Below, piece after piece: positions 10,434 to 21,113 of a stretch of DNA of 64,000 bases (its first letter is position 1; each line of letters opens with the position of its first letter). A program made the translations under genes and the position numbers. The notes under the pieces were generated by a model. The model was not told the origin of the DNA, made no database searches, and saw only the letters and a list, made by a program, of their open reading frames with translations. This stretch comes from an uncultured Nitrospiraceae bacterium (GTDB lineage: Bacteria > Nitrospirota > Nitrospiria > Nitrospirales > Nitrospiraceae). Where the stretch lies: contig CAVPLT010000001.1 of assembly GCA_963706325.1 (NCBI GenBank), forward strand, positions 832,001 through 896,000. The letters are read 5' to 3'.

Positions 10434-10982
10434 TCAGAACAGAAGCGCGACGCTGGTGTTGTCATCGGGAACCGGGGGCGAGAGCGTGATGTGGCGCAGG
10501 TTCAGCATGAGCGTGGTGGCGAAGGCGATTTTTGGTCCGACCTGATATTCCAGCGACATCCCGAGTGGAATGAAGTGGCTGGTATCGTTGCGATCAATTT
10601 TGGATGGGCCGCTGCCGCGGTTCAGATCGGCATGCAGAAAACCGATCCCGGCGAACGGCACGAGATTGAATCCACTGTTGAGGCGAAGATGATACTTGGC
10701 TACGACGGCAACACCGATCTGTGTCAGGTCGCCGACCGGCGTGAAGAGGGCCATCCCGTCAAAGGAAAAATTCTGGTCCATGTAGTAGTCGAGCCCGAAG
10801 CCGAGCGCGAACGTCGTGTTGTTGGTGGTGCCGGTCCAGAGACCGAGGTCGGTGTTGAAGCCCCAGCGCGCCTCCTGCACGTCGGTCGATTTCACTGGTT
10901 CGGCTTTCGCGGGAGAAGGCCATCTTAAGCCCACGCAGGTGAGGCTTAGCAGAACCAGTGGGAGGCGCTTGTTGATTTTCAC
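10434..10982 (-). CDS. Outer-membrane beta-barrel protein, possibly truncated by a premature TGA
   Basis: Signal peptide, alternating beta strands (FGLDYY, VPFAGIGF, LEYQV); frame continues IRWGP-TAA after the TGA. Confidence 0.7.
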   Translation of the reverse strand: MKINKRLPLVLLSLTCVGLRWPSPAKAEPVKSTDVQEARWGFNTDLGLWTGTTNNTTFALGFGLDYYMDQNFSFDGMALFTPVGDLTQIGVAVVAKYHLRLNSGFNLVPFAGIGFLHADLNRGSGPSKIDRNDTSHFIPLGMSLEYQVGPKIAFATTLMLNLRHITLSPPVPDDNTSVALLF

Positions 10983-11122
10983 GATTCAGTCCTTAGATGC
11001 GGCGCGGACTGTAGCATAAGCCTTCCTAAGCGGACAAGACTTCGGGGGTACGGCGGGAACCCTGCTAGTTGTCAGTGCGCCCGTGCCTGCAGTATTCTTT
11101 TGCCCCTTACGGAAGGAGACTT

Positions 11123-11617
11123 ATGACCAATGAACCGATGACCCCGGCTCAGGCCGCGGAGTCCCTGTACAAACTGATTCCACGCCGGATTTCTGTGGTG
11201 ATGATGGGTGACTACGGCATTGATATGACCGAGGAGCAGTCGAAGGATATGACACGAGAAGTGCTCTCCTTCACACTCTATTGGGTCAATGCAGCCATCA
11301 ATGCGCACATTCCCCGGAAGTACCGCGAGGTGCTGTTTCAGCGCGTGCTGGAGTTGATTCAGGCCGATTGGGCCACTGAGTTCAAGCTTGAGATGGTGAA
11401 GTGGGAGGACTACCTGGTCGAAATGGAAGAACGGCGGGCTTTCTACGCCCACGTTGGAGATTTCGAAGGCGGCGCGATTGCAGCATCCGAGGAAATTTCA
11501 GACCTGCTCGAAGACCAGGGCCTTATTCAGCCTGAGGATCGGCCGAAGTTACTCGTGTTGCTACCCGACTTAGTGCCGCTCGATAAGTATCAGGCTCTGC
11601 TGGGCGAATGTGCGTAA
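11123..11617 (+). CDS. Hypothetical protein
   Basis: GAAGGAG RBS before ATG11123; acidic, helical composition. Confidence 0.7.
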   Translation: MTNEPMTPAQAAESLYKLIPRRISVVMMGDYGIDMTEEQSKDMTREVLSFTLYWVNAAINAHIPRKYREVLFQRVLELIQADWATEFKLEMVKWEDYLVEMEERRAFYAHVGDFEGGAIAASEEISDLLEDQGLIQPEDRPKLLVLLPDLVPLDKYQALLGECA

Positions 11618-11625
11618 ACCGTCGG

Positions 11626-11815
11626 GTGGGATGTTGAAAAAGTCCGCCAGCTTTGTTCTTGCAAGACACTGCCGCCTCACCATCCCGACGGCGTTCACAA
11701 GCGTGACGCTTCTTATTCGTCGCGTCGTGAACCTCAGAGACTTAACGTACGGCAGCTGTACGCTTCGCCTCCTCGTTCACTGCGGCCGCGATGGACGGCC
11801 ATTTTGAACACCCGC
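11626..11815 (+). mobile_element. MITE-like repeat, long variant
   Basis: Imperfect TIRs GGGATGTTGAAAAA / TTTTGAACACCC; core closely matches the reverse complement of 60560-60678. Confidence 0.75.
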
Positions 11816-11851
11816 GAGCAATCCTGTTTGCAGTAGCGAGGCGACGACCTG

Positions 11852-12457
11852 TTACAGATACCGGTGCGACAAGACCTTGCCGGTATTCTCGAGTTCGTAC
11901 AGCAGTGGTGCTCCGGTTGGAATGTTGAGCTCCAGGACCTGCTCTCTGGTCAATTGCTCGAGTTGCATGACTAATGCGCGAAGGCTGTTGCCATGGGCGG
12001 CTATCAGAATGGTTTCTCCCTGAAGGACAAAGGGTTTGATTCGGCTGTCATAATAAGGCAGTACCCGTTCGGCCGTGTCTTTCAAGCTTTCCCCTCCCGG
12101 GGGGCGCACGTCATAACTGCGGCGCCAGATTTTGACCTGCTCATCTCCGAACTTCTTGGCCGTCTCAGCTTTGTTCAGCCCCTGCAATTCTCCGTACATA
12201 CGCTCGTTCAGCGCCTTGTCCTTTTCGATGGGAATGGCTGTCTGTCCGATTGCCTCAAGGATAATCCGCATGGTTTCGTTGGCGCGGGCCAATATCGAGG
12301 AGAATGCGCGATCGAAGGTAAACCCAGCCAGTTTCTTCCCGGCCGCCTTCGCCTCTTCGATGCCTTTGGGAGAGAGCGGGACATCCACCCAGCCGGTGAA
12401 GCGATTTTCTAAATTCCACTGCGACTCGCCGTGACGAATGAGAACCAATTTGCTCAT
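11852..12457 (-). CDS. gpmA: 2,3-BPG-dependent phosphoglycerate mutase
   Basis: [29 protein letters not shown]. Confidence 0.95.
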   Translation of the reverse strand: MSKLVLIRHGESQWNLENRFTGWVDVPLSPKGIEEAKAAGKKLAGFTFDRAFSSILARANETMRIILEAIGQTAIPIEKDKALNERMYGELQGLNKAETAKKFGDEQVKIWRRSYDVRPPGGESLKDTAERVLPYYDSRIKPFVLQGETILIAAHGNSLRALVMQLEQLTREQVLELNIPTGAPLLYELENTGKVLSHRYL

Positions 12458-12641
12458 CGTGCCTTGTCTCCTTCTCCGAGAGGATAGAACTTCGTGACGA
12501 CAGCTTATGCGATTTCCTCTTCACTCTGTCAAGCGTTCTGCACCGCCAGAGAAGGCACTCGCACATGGGAGGGCGCGGTTGCATTCACATGAGGCAGCCA
12601 GTACCATGCCGCCGACTTGACCTTATCCGTGGATCGTCACA

Positions 12642-13472
12642 ATGACTCCTGTTCCGCCATCAGATTGGGGTCCGCTGCAGCACTGGTGGCAGGCGATGGG
12701 CCGGCGCCTGCAGGTTGAAGATCGGGTGGAAGCATTTTTTAGGCGCGCGCTTGGAGTCAGCCAGGCCTTAGTCGGTGTGGCACAGGTCGGCGGCCAGGTC
12801 GAGTATGTCTTGTTCGTGCTCGTGCGCTATTGGATCCCCGTCGAGTTGCCGCCGCCTGGGCGCGAGCGTGCCTCCAAAGGTGATCCCGACTACTGGCTCG
12901 AATCGGAGCAGATTCTCAAAGCTGCGGCGGTGCGACTGCGAGAGCTGAAGCCGTTGATCGAGCTGCTCACGGCAGCCAATCCATTGACCTTGGGTGCGGG
13001 AGACCAGGTTTCGGCTCAGCCGCCGGTCGTGGAGGTCGAACTAGCCAATATGTTGCAGGGCATCGCCGAATCCGCCGGGAGTTATGGAGGCCCGGACTAT
13101 ACCTCGGTGATCAAGACGTTTGATCCGGTTCCGCTGCGGCAAACCCAGCCCTTCAAACACAACAAGAAGAACAGCGCCGAACTCTGGGTAGTGTTTCTGC
13201 TACGCGAGCACTTCCGAAATCTCAGCATCGGTAAGGATCGCTATTGGCCGCTTGTGGCCGGGCTCTGTGCCGCTGCCGGCATCACTAATCCCAATGGACA
13301 GATCTATGGCCCTGATGAACTCAAATCCTGGTGGCAGAAGAACTGGCCGCGAACCTACACGCAGCTTGAGCCAACTCAAACCGGGCCCGACCTAAGCGGC
13401 GCAGCCTACCAGCAGGATTTTGACTGGTTCGTGTCCTGGATCGAATGGCAGCGGAAACGCACGTCGCTCTAG
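12642..13472 (+). CDS. Hypothetical protein
   Basis: 276-aa ORF; no family recognised. Confidence 0.65.
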   Translation: MTPVPPSDWGPLQHWWQAMGRRLQVEDRVEAFFRRALGVSQALVGVAQVGGQVEYVLFVLVRYWIPVELPPPGRERASKGDPDYWLESEQILKAAAVRLRELKPLIELLTAANPLTLGAGDQVSAQPPVVEVELANMLQGIAESAGSYGGPDYTSVIKTFDPVPLRQTQPFKHNKKNSAELWVVFLLREHFRNLSIGKDRYWPLVAGLCAAAGITNPNGQIYGPDELKSWWQKNWPRTYTQLEPTQTGPDLSGAAYQQDFDWFVSWIEWQRKRTSL

Positions 13473-13593
13473 CGAGAGGCTGCGAAGGTTAGCCAAGTAT
13501 CCTCTGGCATACTCGGAACCTCCACGGACCGAACATCGTATGCCTCACCCATTCGCCGTCTGCCTGCTTCTTGAATGGCATATTGAGCATCCC
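13472..13593 (+). mobile_element. MITE-like repeat, highly degenerate copy
   Basis: Starts at the TAG of the upstream gene, ends TTGAGCATCCC, length similar to the short copies. Confidence 0.4.
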
Positions 13594-13674
13594 ATTGAGG
13601 CTGATAGCCAGGGGACTGCAGATCCCTAGCTGTCGAGGGAAAGTTTTCTCAGCTTCTTTGCGGGAAGTGTCCGC

Positions 13675-14328
13675 TTACACGCTGGTCAGGCTGGCAGGGT
13701 GAGGCTTAGCTGGAGTCCCTTTCGGTCCATCCGGCGCACCGTCCTTAAACATGGCGACTACGAGGCCGATCTTAAGCACGAGCAGGCCGACGCCGACCCA
13801 GACCACATACGGTTGCACGCCCCCAAGTTCCCCCAGGAGCTTTTGTCTCGTTTCCCCGCCCGTGGCCCGTTCGCCCTTGATCTTGGCGATCTGCTCCTTC
13901 ACATGCCAAAAGTAGATGTAGTTGGCGCTGGCTCCCGCGATGATTCGCCAGATGATGTCGGCGGAGAGGTCTTGGGTGATGTAGAACGCCATGGCGGGAC
14001 CGATGGCATAGATCGCGGCGTACACATACATCTTTCGGTAGAGAAACCACAGGAATGGCTCAAAAATGAAGGCCGGCCAATGCCATGTCATTGCGAATTG
14101 TGGTCCCGCGGGACCCATAAACTTTTTGAACGTCGTCAGATACCGGTCGGCATTCGGGCCGAGAAAGGTCTTCCAGAGTTCCGCATCCGTCTGGGGCTGC
14201 GGAGGGGGTGACGATGGTTCCGCTTCTACCGCGGCCTCTTGGCTTTCCATGGCGAAGGCGCCACCGCATTGGTGACAAAAACGGGCGTCATCTTGGTTCT
14301 GTTGCTGGCATTGAGAGCAGGGTTTCAT
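13675..14328 (-). CDS. Zinc-ribbon + DUF2628-like membrane protein
   Basis: CSQC..CHQC, WHWPAF..WFLYRKMY. Confidence 0.75.
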   Translation of the reverse strand: MKPCSQCQQQNQDDARFCHQCGGAFAMESQEAAVEAEPSSPPPQPQTDAELWKTFLGPNADRYLTTFKKFMGPAGPQFAMTWHWPAFIFEPFLWFLYRKMYVYAAIYAIGPAMAFYITQDLSADIIWRIIAGASANYIYFWHVKEQIAKIKGERATGGETRQKLLGELGGVQPYVVWVGVGLLVLKIGLVVAMFKDGAPDGPKGTPAKPHPASLTSV

Positions 14329-14502
14329 ACCGCACCTTATCACATCCGCCGTCTGTCCCCGTCAAGGGACGACTAGGATGATTGCTGGCCGTATGGGGAG
14401 CGGCCCGCTCGCCGCGCTGGGAGCCGCGAATGCGCATTGCTTCGGTTGCTTTCACGTTTTCCCTATGGTAGCTTCGCCGACTCATGTGGGGAGAGGTGTG
14501 TC

Positions 14503-15708
14503 ATGCCGACGGGTGAGCTGCGTCTCAACGCCGAACAGTACTTGATGGATACCTATACGCGCCAGCCGATTTCGATCGTGCGCGGTCGGGGCACCAAGGT
14601 CTATGACCTGGAAGGACGCGAGTACGTCGATTTTGTGGCCGGCATTGCCGTGAATTTGCTGGGGCATGGGCATCCTGATTTGGTGTTGGCCATTCAGAAA
14701 CAGGTGCGGCAGCTGATCCACACATCGAATCTGTATTTTACTGAACCACAGGTACAGTTGGCCAAGATGCTGGTCGAGCACTCGTTTGCGCAGAAAGTCT
14801 TTTTTTGCAACAGCGGCGCGGAAGCGAATGAAGCGGCGATCAAACTGGCCCGGAAATATTCCTTCGATAAGTACGGCGCCGATCGGCACGACATCATCAC
14901 GATGAAAAATTCCTTTCACGGGCGCACGATGGCCACGTTGACGGCAACGGGTCAGGAAAAAGTGCAGAAGGGCTTTGCCCCGCTGATGCCGGGATTTTCT
15001 TATGTCGAGTTCAACGATCTCACGGAAGTCGGGCGAGCCATGACGCCAAAAACCGCCGCGGTGATGCTGGAGCCCATTCAGGCGGAGGGGGGAGTCTATG
15101 TCGCGGATCGAGGCTATTTGCAGGGATTGCGGGAGTTGTGTCGGGAGCGCGATGTGCTCCTCATTTTCGACGAGGTGCAGACGGGCATGGGCCGGACCGG
15201 CACGCTCTTCTGCTACGAACAGTTCGGCATGCAGCCGGATATCATGACTTTAGCGAAGGGGCTCGGAGGCGGTGTGCCGATCGGGGCCTGTCTCGCCACA
15301 GACGTTGTGGCACGGACGTTTTCTCCCGGAACTCACGCGTCGACGTTCGGCGGTAATCCTTTGGCCTGCGCCGCAGGCCTCGCCGTGCTACGAGTGCTCT
15401 TGCATGGAAAGATCCTCGAGAAGAGCCGACGGGCCGGTGAAAGTTTAGCGAAGGGGTTGGCGGCTCTCAAAGAGCGGCATCGTCTTGTGAAAGACGTGCG
15501 CGGTTTAGGTTTGTTGCAGGCTATTGAATTGGACATCGACGGGAGAGCTGTGGTTGCCGATTGTCTCGCCCGCGGGATATTGATCAACTGCACCGGCGAT
15601 CATGTCCTGCGTTTTGTTCCGCCGCTGATTATCACGGAGCCGGAGATTGCCTGCTTGATGAACGCGCTCACTCAGATTTTTAGTCAACGAACTACTTCAA
15701 CCCATTAA
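14503..15708 (+). CDS. argD: Acetylornithine aminotransferase
   Basis: NSGAEANE, SFHGRT, DEVQTG, AKGLGGG, HASTFGGN. Confidence 0.93.
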   Translation: MPTGELRLNAEQYLMDTYTRQPISIVRGRGTKVYDLEGREYVDFVAGIAVNLLGHGHPDLVLAIQKQVRQLIHTSNLYFTEPQVQLAKMLVEHSFAQKVFFCNSGAEANEAAIKLARKYSFDKYGADRHDIITMKNSFHGRTMATLTATGQEKVQKGFAPLMPGFSYVEFNDLTEVGRAMTPKTAAVMLEPIQAEGGVYVADRGYLQGLRELCRERDVLLIFDEVQTGMGRTGTLFCYEQFGMQPDIMTLAKGLGGGVPIGACLATDVVARTFSPGTHASTFGGNPLACAAGLAVLRVLLHGKILEKSRRAGESLAKGLAALKERHRLVKDVRGLGLLQAIELDIDGRAVVADCLARGILINCTGDHVLRFVPPLIITEPEIACLMNALTQIFSQRTTSTH

Positions 15709-15723
15709 CCCTTAGGGGCGCAT

Positions 15724-16707
15724 ATGTCGCGGCGTCCTCGTCAAGCCACAACCAAGGCCGGTTTCGGGAAGGATTTCCTGGAACTGCTCTCGATTCCCAG
15801 CGCAGAGCTGACGGCGTTACTCCGTCTAGCCGCACAGCTCAAAGTGAAGCAACGTCGTGGGATGCTGCATCCTCTGTTGCCGGGGCGTATGTTGGGTCTT
15901 CTGTTTCAGAAGCCCTCGACCCGCACGAGGGTGTCCTTCGAGGCTGGGATGAATCAGCTTGGGGGGCAGGCCATGGTGTTGCCCATGGGCGATATTCAGT
16001 TGTCCCGCGGTGAGAGTGTGGCCGATACCGCGCGTGTCTTATCGCGATATCTGGACGCGATCGTGGTGCGTACCTTTGACCATGCCATTGTCGAGGAATG
16101 GGCCCGTGAGGCGACCATTCCGGTGATCAATGGCCTCACGGATCTGAATCACCCGTGCCAGGCGCTCTCCGATCTGTTGACCATTCAGGAAAAAAGAGGG
16201 CGGCTGAAGGGAGTCAAGATTGCCTATGTCGGCGATGGCAACAATGTGACGAATTCGCTGATCGAGGCCGCGGCAAAAATGGGGATGACGATCGCCGTAG
16301 GCTGCCCGCCCGGCTATCAGCCGGACCAACACATCGTGGATCTGGCTCGTGAGGAAGCCCAGCGGACCGGGGCGGTGATTGAGATCGGGGCCGATCCGCT
16401 CGTGGCGGTCAAGGATGCCGATGTGGTCTATACCGATGTGTGGATCAGTATGGGACGCGAGCGAGAGCAGGCCAGGCGGCTCAAAACCTTGGCGCCCTAT
16501 CAACTGAACGAGCGATTGCTGAAACGAGCGAAGCCGGGTGCGCTGGTGATGCATTGTCTGCCGGCCCATCGCGGCGAGGAGATCAGCGCCGAAGTGCTGG
16601 ATGGCCCGCAGTCGGTGGTGCTGGATCAGGCCGAAAATCGACTGCACATGCAGAAGGCCATTCTGGTGAGACTTTTGGCCAAGAAAAAGGCAACCAAGAA
16701 GCCGTAA
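15724..16707 (+). CDS. argF: Ornithine carbamoyltransferase
   Basis: STRTR, HPCQ, SMG, HCLP. Confidence 0.95.
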   Translation: MSRRPRQATTKAGFGKDFLELLSIPSAELTALLRLAAQLKVKQRRGMLHPLLPGRMLGLLFQKPSTRTRVSFEAGMNQLGGQAMVLPMGDIQLSRGESVADTARVLSRYLDAIVVRTFDHAIVEEWAREATIPVINGLTDLNHPCQALSDLLTIQEKRGRLKGVKIAYVGDGNNVTNSLIEAAAKMGMTIAVGCPPGYQPDQHIVDLAREEAQRTGAVIEIGADPLVAVKDADVVYTDVWISMGREREQARRLKTLAPYQLNERLLKRAKPGALVMHCLPAHRGEEISAEVLDGPQSVVLDQAENRLHMQKAILVRLLAKKKATKKP

Positions 16708-16732
16708 ACAGTTCACGTTGTTGAGGAGTCGC

Positions 16733-17953
16733 ATGAGTCGGTCATCGTATAAAAAAGTGGTGCTGGCCTATTCAGGAGGATTGGATACCTCCGTGATTTT
16801 GAAGTGGTTGGAAGAGGTGTACGACTGCACGGTGATCGCATTTTGCGCGGACCTGGGGCAGGGAGAAGATCTGAAGGCCATCAAAAAGAAGGCGCAGTCC
16901 CTGGGCGTGAAAAAAGTCTATGTGGAGGATCTTCGCGAGGTGTTCGTGAAAGACCATGTGTTCCCCATGTTGCGAGGGAATGCGATCTATGAAGGCAGCT
17001 ACCTGCTGGGCACGTCGATCGCCCGTCCGCTCATTGCGCGGCGCCAAATTGAAATTGCCGCCAACGAAGGCGCTGAGGCGGTATGTCACGGCGCGACCGG
17101 CAAGGGCAACGATCAAGTCCGTTTCGAGCTGACCTACATGGCGCTGCATCCGCAGATCAAGATTATCGCGCCTTGGCGGGAATGGACCATGCGTTCGCGC
17201 CGCGAATTGATCGAGTATGCGGAGCAGCACGGGATTCCAGTGACCGCCACCAAAGCGAAGCCCTACAGCATGGACATGAATTTGTTCCACACGAGTTATG
17301 AGGGCGGCATTCTCGAGGATCCCTGGGCGGCTCCGCCCGAAGAGATTTTTGTGATGTCGGTCTCGCCGGAGCGGGCGCCGAACAAGGCGCGGGAAGTCGA
17401 AATTGAGTATGTCGCGGGCGATCCGGTGGCGGTGGACGGCAAAAAGATGAGCCCGGCGACGTTATTGGCCCGCCTGAACGAGTTGGGCGGCGAGCATGGT
17501 GTCGGGCGGGTTGATCTCGTGGAAAATCGCTATGTCGGCATGAAATCACGCGGGGTGTACGAAACTCCGGGCGGCACGATTCTTCATGCCGCCCATCGAG
17601 GATTGGAGTCCCTGACGATGGATCGGGAAGTCCTGCATCTGCGGGATAGTCTCATTCCGCGGTATGCCGAGCTGATTTACTACGGATACTGGTATGCGCC
17701 TGAACGGGAAATGCTTCAGGTGGCCCTTGATGAAGCTCAGCGGGATGTGACGGGCACGGTTAGAGTGAAGCTCTACAAAGGGAGCTGCACCGTGGTGGGA
17801 CGAAAATCTCCGCGCTCACTCTATCGGCTGGATATGGCCACTTTCGAAGAGGACGATGTCTATCGACAGAAGGATGCGGAAGGCTTTATTCGTTTGAATG
17901 CCCTCCGACTGGCGATTCGAGCGCAGCGAAACAAGAAGCGATCCCGAAAGTGA
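16733..17953 (+). CDS. argG: Argininosuccinate synthase
   Basis: [30 protein letters not shown]. Confidence 0.97.
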   Translation: MSRSSYKKVVLAYSGGLDTSVILKWLEEVYDCTVIAFCADLGQGEDLKAIKKKAQSLGVKKVYVEDLREVFVKDHVFPMLRGNAIYEGSYLLGTSIARPLIARRQIEIAANEGAEAVCHGATGKGNDQVRFELTYMALHPQIKIIAPWREWTMRSRRELIEYAEQHGIPVTATKAKPYSMDMNLFHTSYEGGILEDPWAAPPEEIFVMSVSPERAPNKAREVEIEYVAGDPVAVDGKKMSPATLLARLNELGGEHGVGRVDLVENRYVGMKSRGVYETPGGTILHAAHRGLESLTMDREVLHLRDSLIPRYAELIYYGYWYAPEREMLQVALDEAQRDVTGTVRVKLYKGSCTVVGRKSPRSLYRLDMATFEEDDVYRQKDAEGFIRLNALRLAIRAQRNKKRSRK

Positions 17954-19407
17954 TGGCTAGGTCGAAAGTCGGCGCCGGACGCGCGCGTAAGTCTTCTCGA
18001 TCCACTCAAGGAACCGCTCGTGCATTGCCCAAAGGGAAGGCCTGGGGCGGCCGGTTTGCTGAGCAAACCGATCGTCTGGTAGAGCAGTTCACCTCCTCGT
18101 TGGCCTACGACCAACGGTTGTATCCCTATGATATCCAGGGCAGCGTCGCACACTGTAAAACGCTCGAACGAGCAGGAGTCTTCACGGCTCGCGAGTCGGC
18201 CGGGTTGGTGCGCGGATTGCAGACTGTGAAGGCAGAGCTGGATGGAGGGCGATTTCATTTCTCGCCGCAAGATGAAGACATACATATGGCGATTGAACGC
18301 CGGCTGACCGAACTAATCGGCCCGCTGGGTGGGAAGTTGCACACCGGGCGAAGCCGCAACGACCAGGTGGCGCTGGACTTGCGTTTGTTTTTGCGAGACG
18401 TGTTATCGACCGTGATGGGGCAGATCCAAGAGTTTCGGCGGGTGTTGGTGGCGCAGGCGCGCGCGCATCTGGATGTCGTCATGCCAGGCTACACGCACTT
18501 GCAGCGCGCTCAGCCGGTCTTGTTGGCCCATCACTTCTTGGCGTATGTTGAAATGTTGGATCGGGATCGGGGACGCCTCCATGATTGCCGGGAACGGCTT
18601 AACGTGATGCCGTTAGGGTCCGGGGCGTTGGCAGGGTCAAACTATCCAGTCGACCGGCGATACACAGCTGCACTGCTGGCGTTTCCCGCGATCACTCAGA
18701 ATAGTCTGGATGCCGTGTCCGATCGCGACGGCGTGGTTGAAGCGCTGAGCGCGTTGTCCTTGATCATGATGCACCTTTCGCGTCTGAGCGAAGAGCTGAT
18801 TCTCTGGGCCTCGCAAGAGTTCCACTACGTGGATTTGCCCGACACCTTCTGTACCGGCAGTAGCATGATGCCGCAAAAAAAGAATCCCGACGTACCGGAG
18901 TTGGTCCGTGGAAAGACGGGGCGGGTGTATGGTCACCTGATGGGCACGTTAACCCTCCTCAAGGGCCTACCCCTGAGTTACAATCGCGATCTGCAGGAAG
19001 ATAAGGAAGCGCTCTTCGACGCTGTGGACACGACGCAGCAATCGCTGGCTCTCTGCACCGAATTGATTCGACGATTGGTCGTCAATCAGGCGGTTCTTGC
19101 TGAGGCTGCCGAGGGCGGTGGCATGCTCGCGACGGAACTCGCGGATTACCTTGTAAAGAAAGGGGTCCCTTTCCGAGAGGCCCATTCCATTACCGGAAAT
19201 ATTGTGCGATCCTCACTTGAGCGCCATCGACCGCTTCAGCAGTTTACGGTGGCGGAGTTGCGAGTCTTTTCGCGGCATTTCGACCAAGATGTGCTGGAGT
19301 GCCTTACCGTGCAGGGGGCGATCGATCGCAAGCGCCAAATCGGAGGCACGGCGCGACGTCTCGTCGAGGCGCGTATCAAGGAGCTTGAGAAAGCGTTGAA
19401 GGGATGA
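17953..19407 (+). CDS. argH: Argininosuccinate lyase
   Basis: WGGRF, HTGRSRNDQ, GSSMMPQKKNPD. Confidence 0.97.
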   Translation: MARSKVGAGRARKSSRSTQGTARALPKGKAWGGRFAEQTDRLVEQFTSSLAYDQRLYPYDIQGSVAHCKTLERAGVFTARESAGLVRGLQTVKAELDGGRFHFSPQDEDIHMAIERRLTELIGPLGGKLHTGRSRNDQVALDLRLFLRDVLSTVMGQIQEFRRVLVAQARAHLDVVMPGYTHLQRAQPVLLAHHFLAYVEMLDRDRGRLHDCRERLNVMPLGSGALAGSNYPVDRRYTAALLAFPAITQNSLDAVSDRDGVVEALSALSLIMMHLSRLSEELILWASQEFHYVDLPDTFCTGSSMMPQKKNPDVPELVRGKTGRVYGHLMGTLTLLKGLPLSYNRDLQEDKEALFDAVDTTQQSLALCTELIRRLVVNQAVLAEAAEGGGMLATELADYLVKKGVPFREAHSITGNIVRSSLERHRPLQQFTVAELRVFSRHFDQDVLECLTVQGAIDRKRQIGGTARRLVEARIKELEKALKG

Positions 19408-19700
19408 TGCCGGTCTGGCGAGCTGGGGTCAGCGTTCGCGCCGCCGGCGTGGCGCTGGTGCTTCTGAACGTGCTTGGATGTGGTGTGCTGGGTGCGCCGA
19501 TTCCTCCGGAAGACGTCGGGGTGGCCCCGGTGATTGAGCGGCAATTGAGACGTGAGGGGCTTCTGCCTCGTGGATCGACCATCTGGGGCACGGCTTCGAG
19601 GCCAAATGCTCCGAGCGGAATCACCATTGAAGAAGTTTTGATCCCCCTGGACCAAGCCCCATTGCCGACTCCGCCGTTGAGGGAGATGGGGACGCGATAA
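19404..19700 (+). CDS. Small lipoprotein preceding lysA
   Basis: Lipobox VLGC followed by GVLGAPIPPE. Confidence 0.6.
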   Translation: MMPVWRAGVSVRAAGVALVLLNVLGCGVLGAPIPPEDVGVAPVIERQLRREGLLPRGSTIWGTASRPNAPSGITIEEVLIPLDQAPLPTPPLREMGTR

Positions 19701-19814
19701 GGGCATGGTAAGAGTGGCAGGGACAGACGTGGTGCCCTCGTTATTGATGAAGAGAATACGAACTTCGATGGGTGCTTGTTGCGGATATGAAATTTTTGAC
19801 CGAGGTACGAGAAG

Positions 19815-21077
19815 ATGAATGATTTCCACTATCGGGAGGGCGAACTCTATTGTGAGGACGTGCCACTCTCGCGCATTGTGAAAGAGGTCGGAACTCCGTG
19901 CTACGTCTATAGCCATCACACGCTCGTTCGGCACTTTCGCGTGTATGACCGAGCGTTCGGGAATATTCCGCATATCGTCGCCTTTGCAATGAAAGCCAAT
20001 TCAAACTTAGCCGTCCTTCGCCTCATGGCCAAGGAAGGTAGCGGAGTGGATATCGTCTCTGGGGGGGAACTTTTTCGTGCCCTCAAGGCCGGAGTGCCTG
20101 CTTCGAAAATCGTATTCGCGGGTGTGGGGAAGAAACCAGACGAAATACGTGATGCGTTAAAGGCGGATATTCTAATGTTCAATGTGGAGTCTTCGGCGGA
20201 GCTGTATGCCATCAACGACGTGGCGGCATCTGTTGGAGTCAAGGCGCGGGTCGCCCTGCGGATCAATCCCGACATTGACCCCAAGACCCATCCATATATC
20301 TCGACCGGTTTAAAAAAGAGCAAGTTCGGGATCGCTGCCGATCGTGGGCTCGAAGAGTTCAAAGTGGCCGCATCATTCAGCCATATCGAGGTGGTCGGCC
20401 TGCATGCGCACATCGGGTCACAATTGACGGATGTCACGCCTTTTGTTGCAGCGCTAAAAAAAGTGCTGGCCATGGTGCAGACCTTGACGGAACAAGGGAT
20501 TCCAATTCGCTACCTCAACATTGGGGGTGGTCTTGGCATCACGTACTCGGATGAAACTCCGCCCGAGCCGAAGGACTTAGCAGACGCAATCTCTCCGCTC
20601 GTGCGCGATTTGAAATGTGTCCTTATCATGGAGCCCGGCCGGGTGATCGTCGGTAATGCCGGTGTGTTGGTCACAAAGGTGCTCTATACGAAAGATGGAG
20701 AGGCCAAGCGCTTCTTGATCGTGGACGCAGCGATGAACGATTTGATTCGCCCTAGCCTGTACGATGCGTACCACGATATTCGACCGCTCTCCGAAACAGT
20801 GACGCATGCAGCGAAGAAGACCGTTGATGTCGTGGGGCCCGTCTGTGAATCGGGAGATTTTTTGGCGAAGGATCGCGTCATGCCGGACATGAATGCAGGT
20901 GATTTGATGGCGGTGATGAGTGCGGGGGCCTACGGGTTTGTGATGTCCTCGAACTACAATTCTCGACCGCGCGTGCCGGAGGTGCTAGTGCACGAGGGGC
21001 AGATCCATGTCATTCGATCGCGTGAAACTTATGAGGATTTGGTACGAGGCGAGCAGATACCGGCGTTTCTTTCCTAG
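19815..21077 (+). CDS. lysA: Diaminopimelate decarboxylase
   Basis: KANSN, HIGSQ, EPGR, GPVCESGD, SNYNSRPR. Confidence 0.96.
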   Translation: MNDFHYREGELYCEDVPLSRIVKEVGTPCYVYSHHTLVRHFRVYDRAFGNIPHIVAFAMKANSNLAVLRLMAKEGSGVDIVSGGELFRALKAGVPASKIVFAGVGKKPDEIRDALKADILMFNVESSAELYAINDVAASVGVKARVALRINPDIDPKTHPYISTGLKKSKFGIAADRGLEEFKVAASFSHIEVVGLHAHIGSQLTDVTPFVAALKKVLAMVQTLTEQGIPIRYLNIGGGLGITYSDETPPEPKDLADAISPLVRDLKCVLIMEPGRVIVGNAGVLVTKVLYTKDGEAKRFLIVDAAMNDLIRPSLYDAYHDIRPLSETVTHAAKKTVDVVGPVCESGDFLAKDRVMPDMNAGDLMAVMSAGAYGFVMSSNYNSRPRVPEVLVHEGQIHVIRSRETYEDLVRGEQIPAFLS

Positions 21078-21113
21078 ACTCGTCCTTTAATTGTCATCCT
21101 GATGGAGTGTCCC

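Noticed and set aside
11610..11807. 65-aa ORF (MLKKSASFVLARHCRL...), and similar ORFs 60310..60627 and 13420..13629
   Set aside because: They lie within copies of the repeat element and are most likely translation artefacts.
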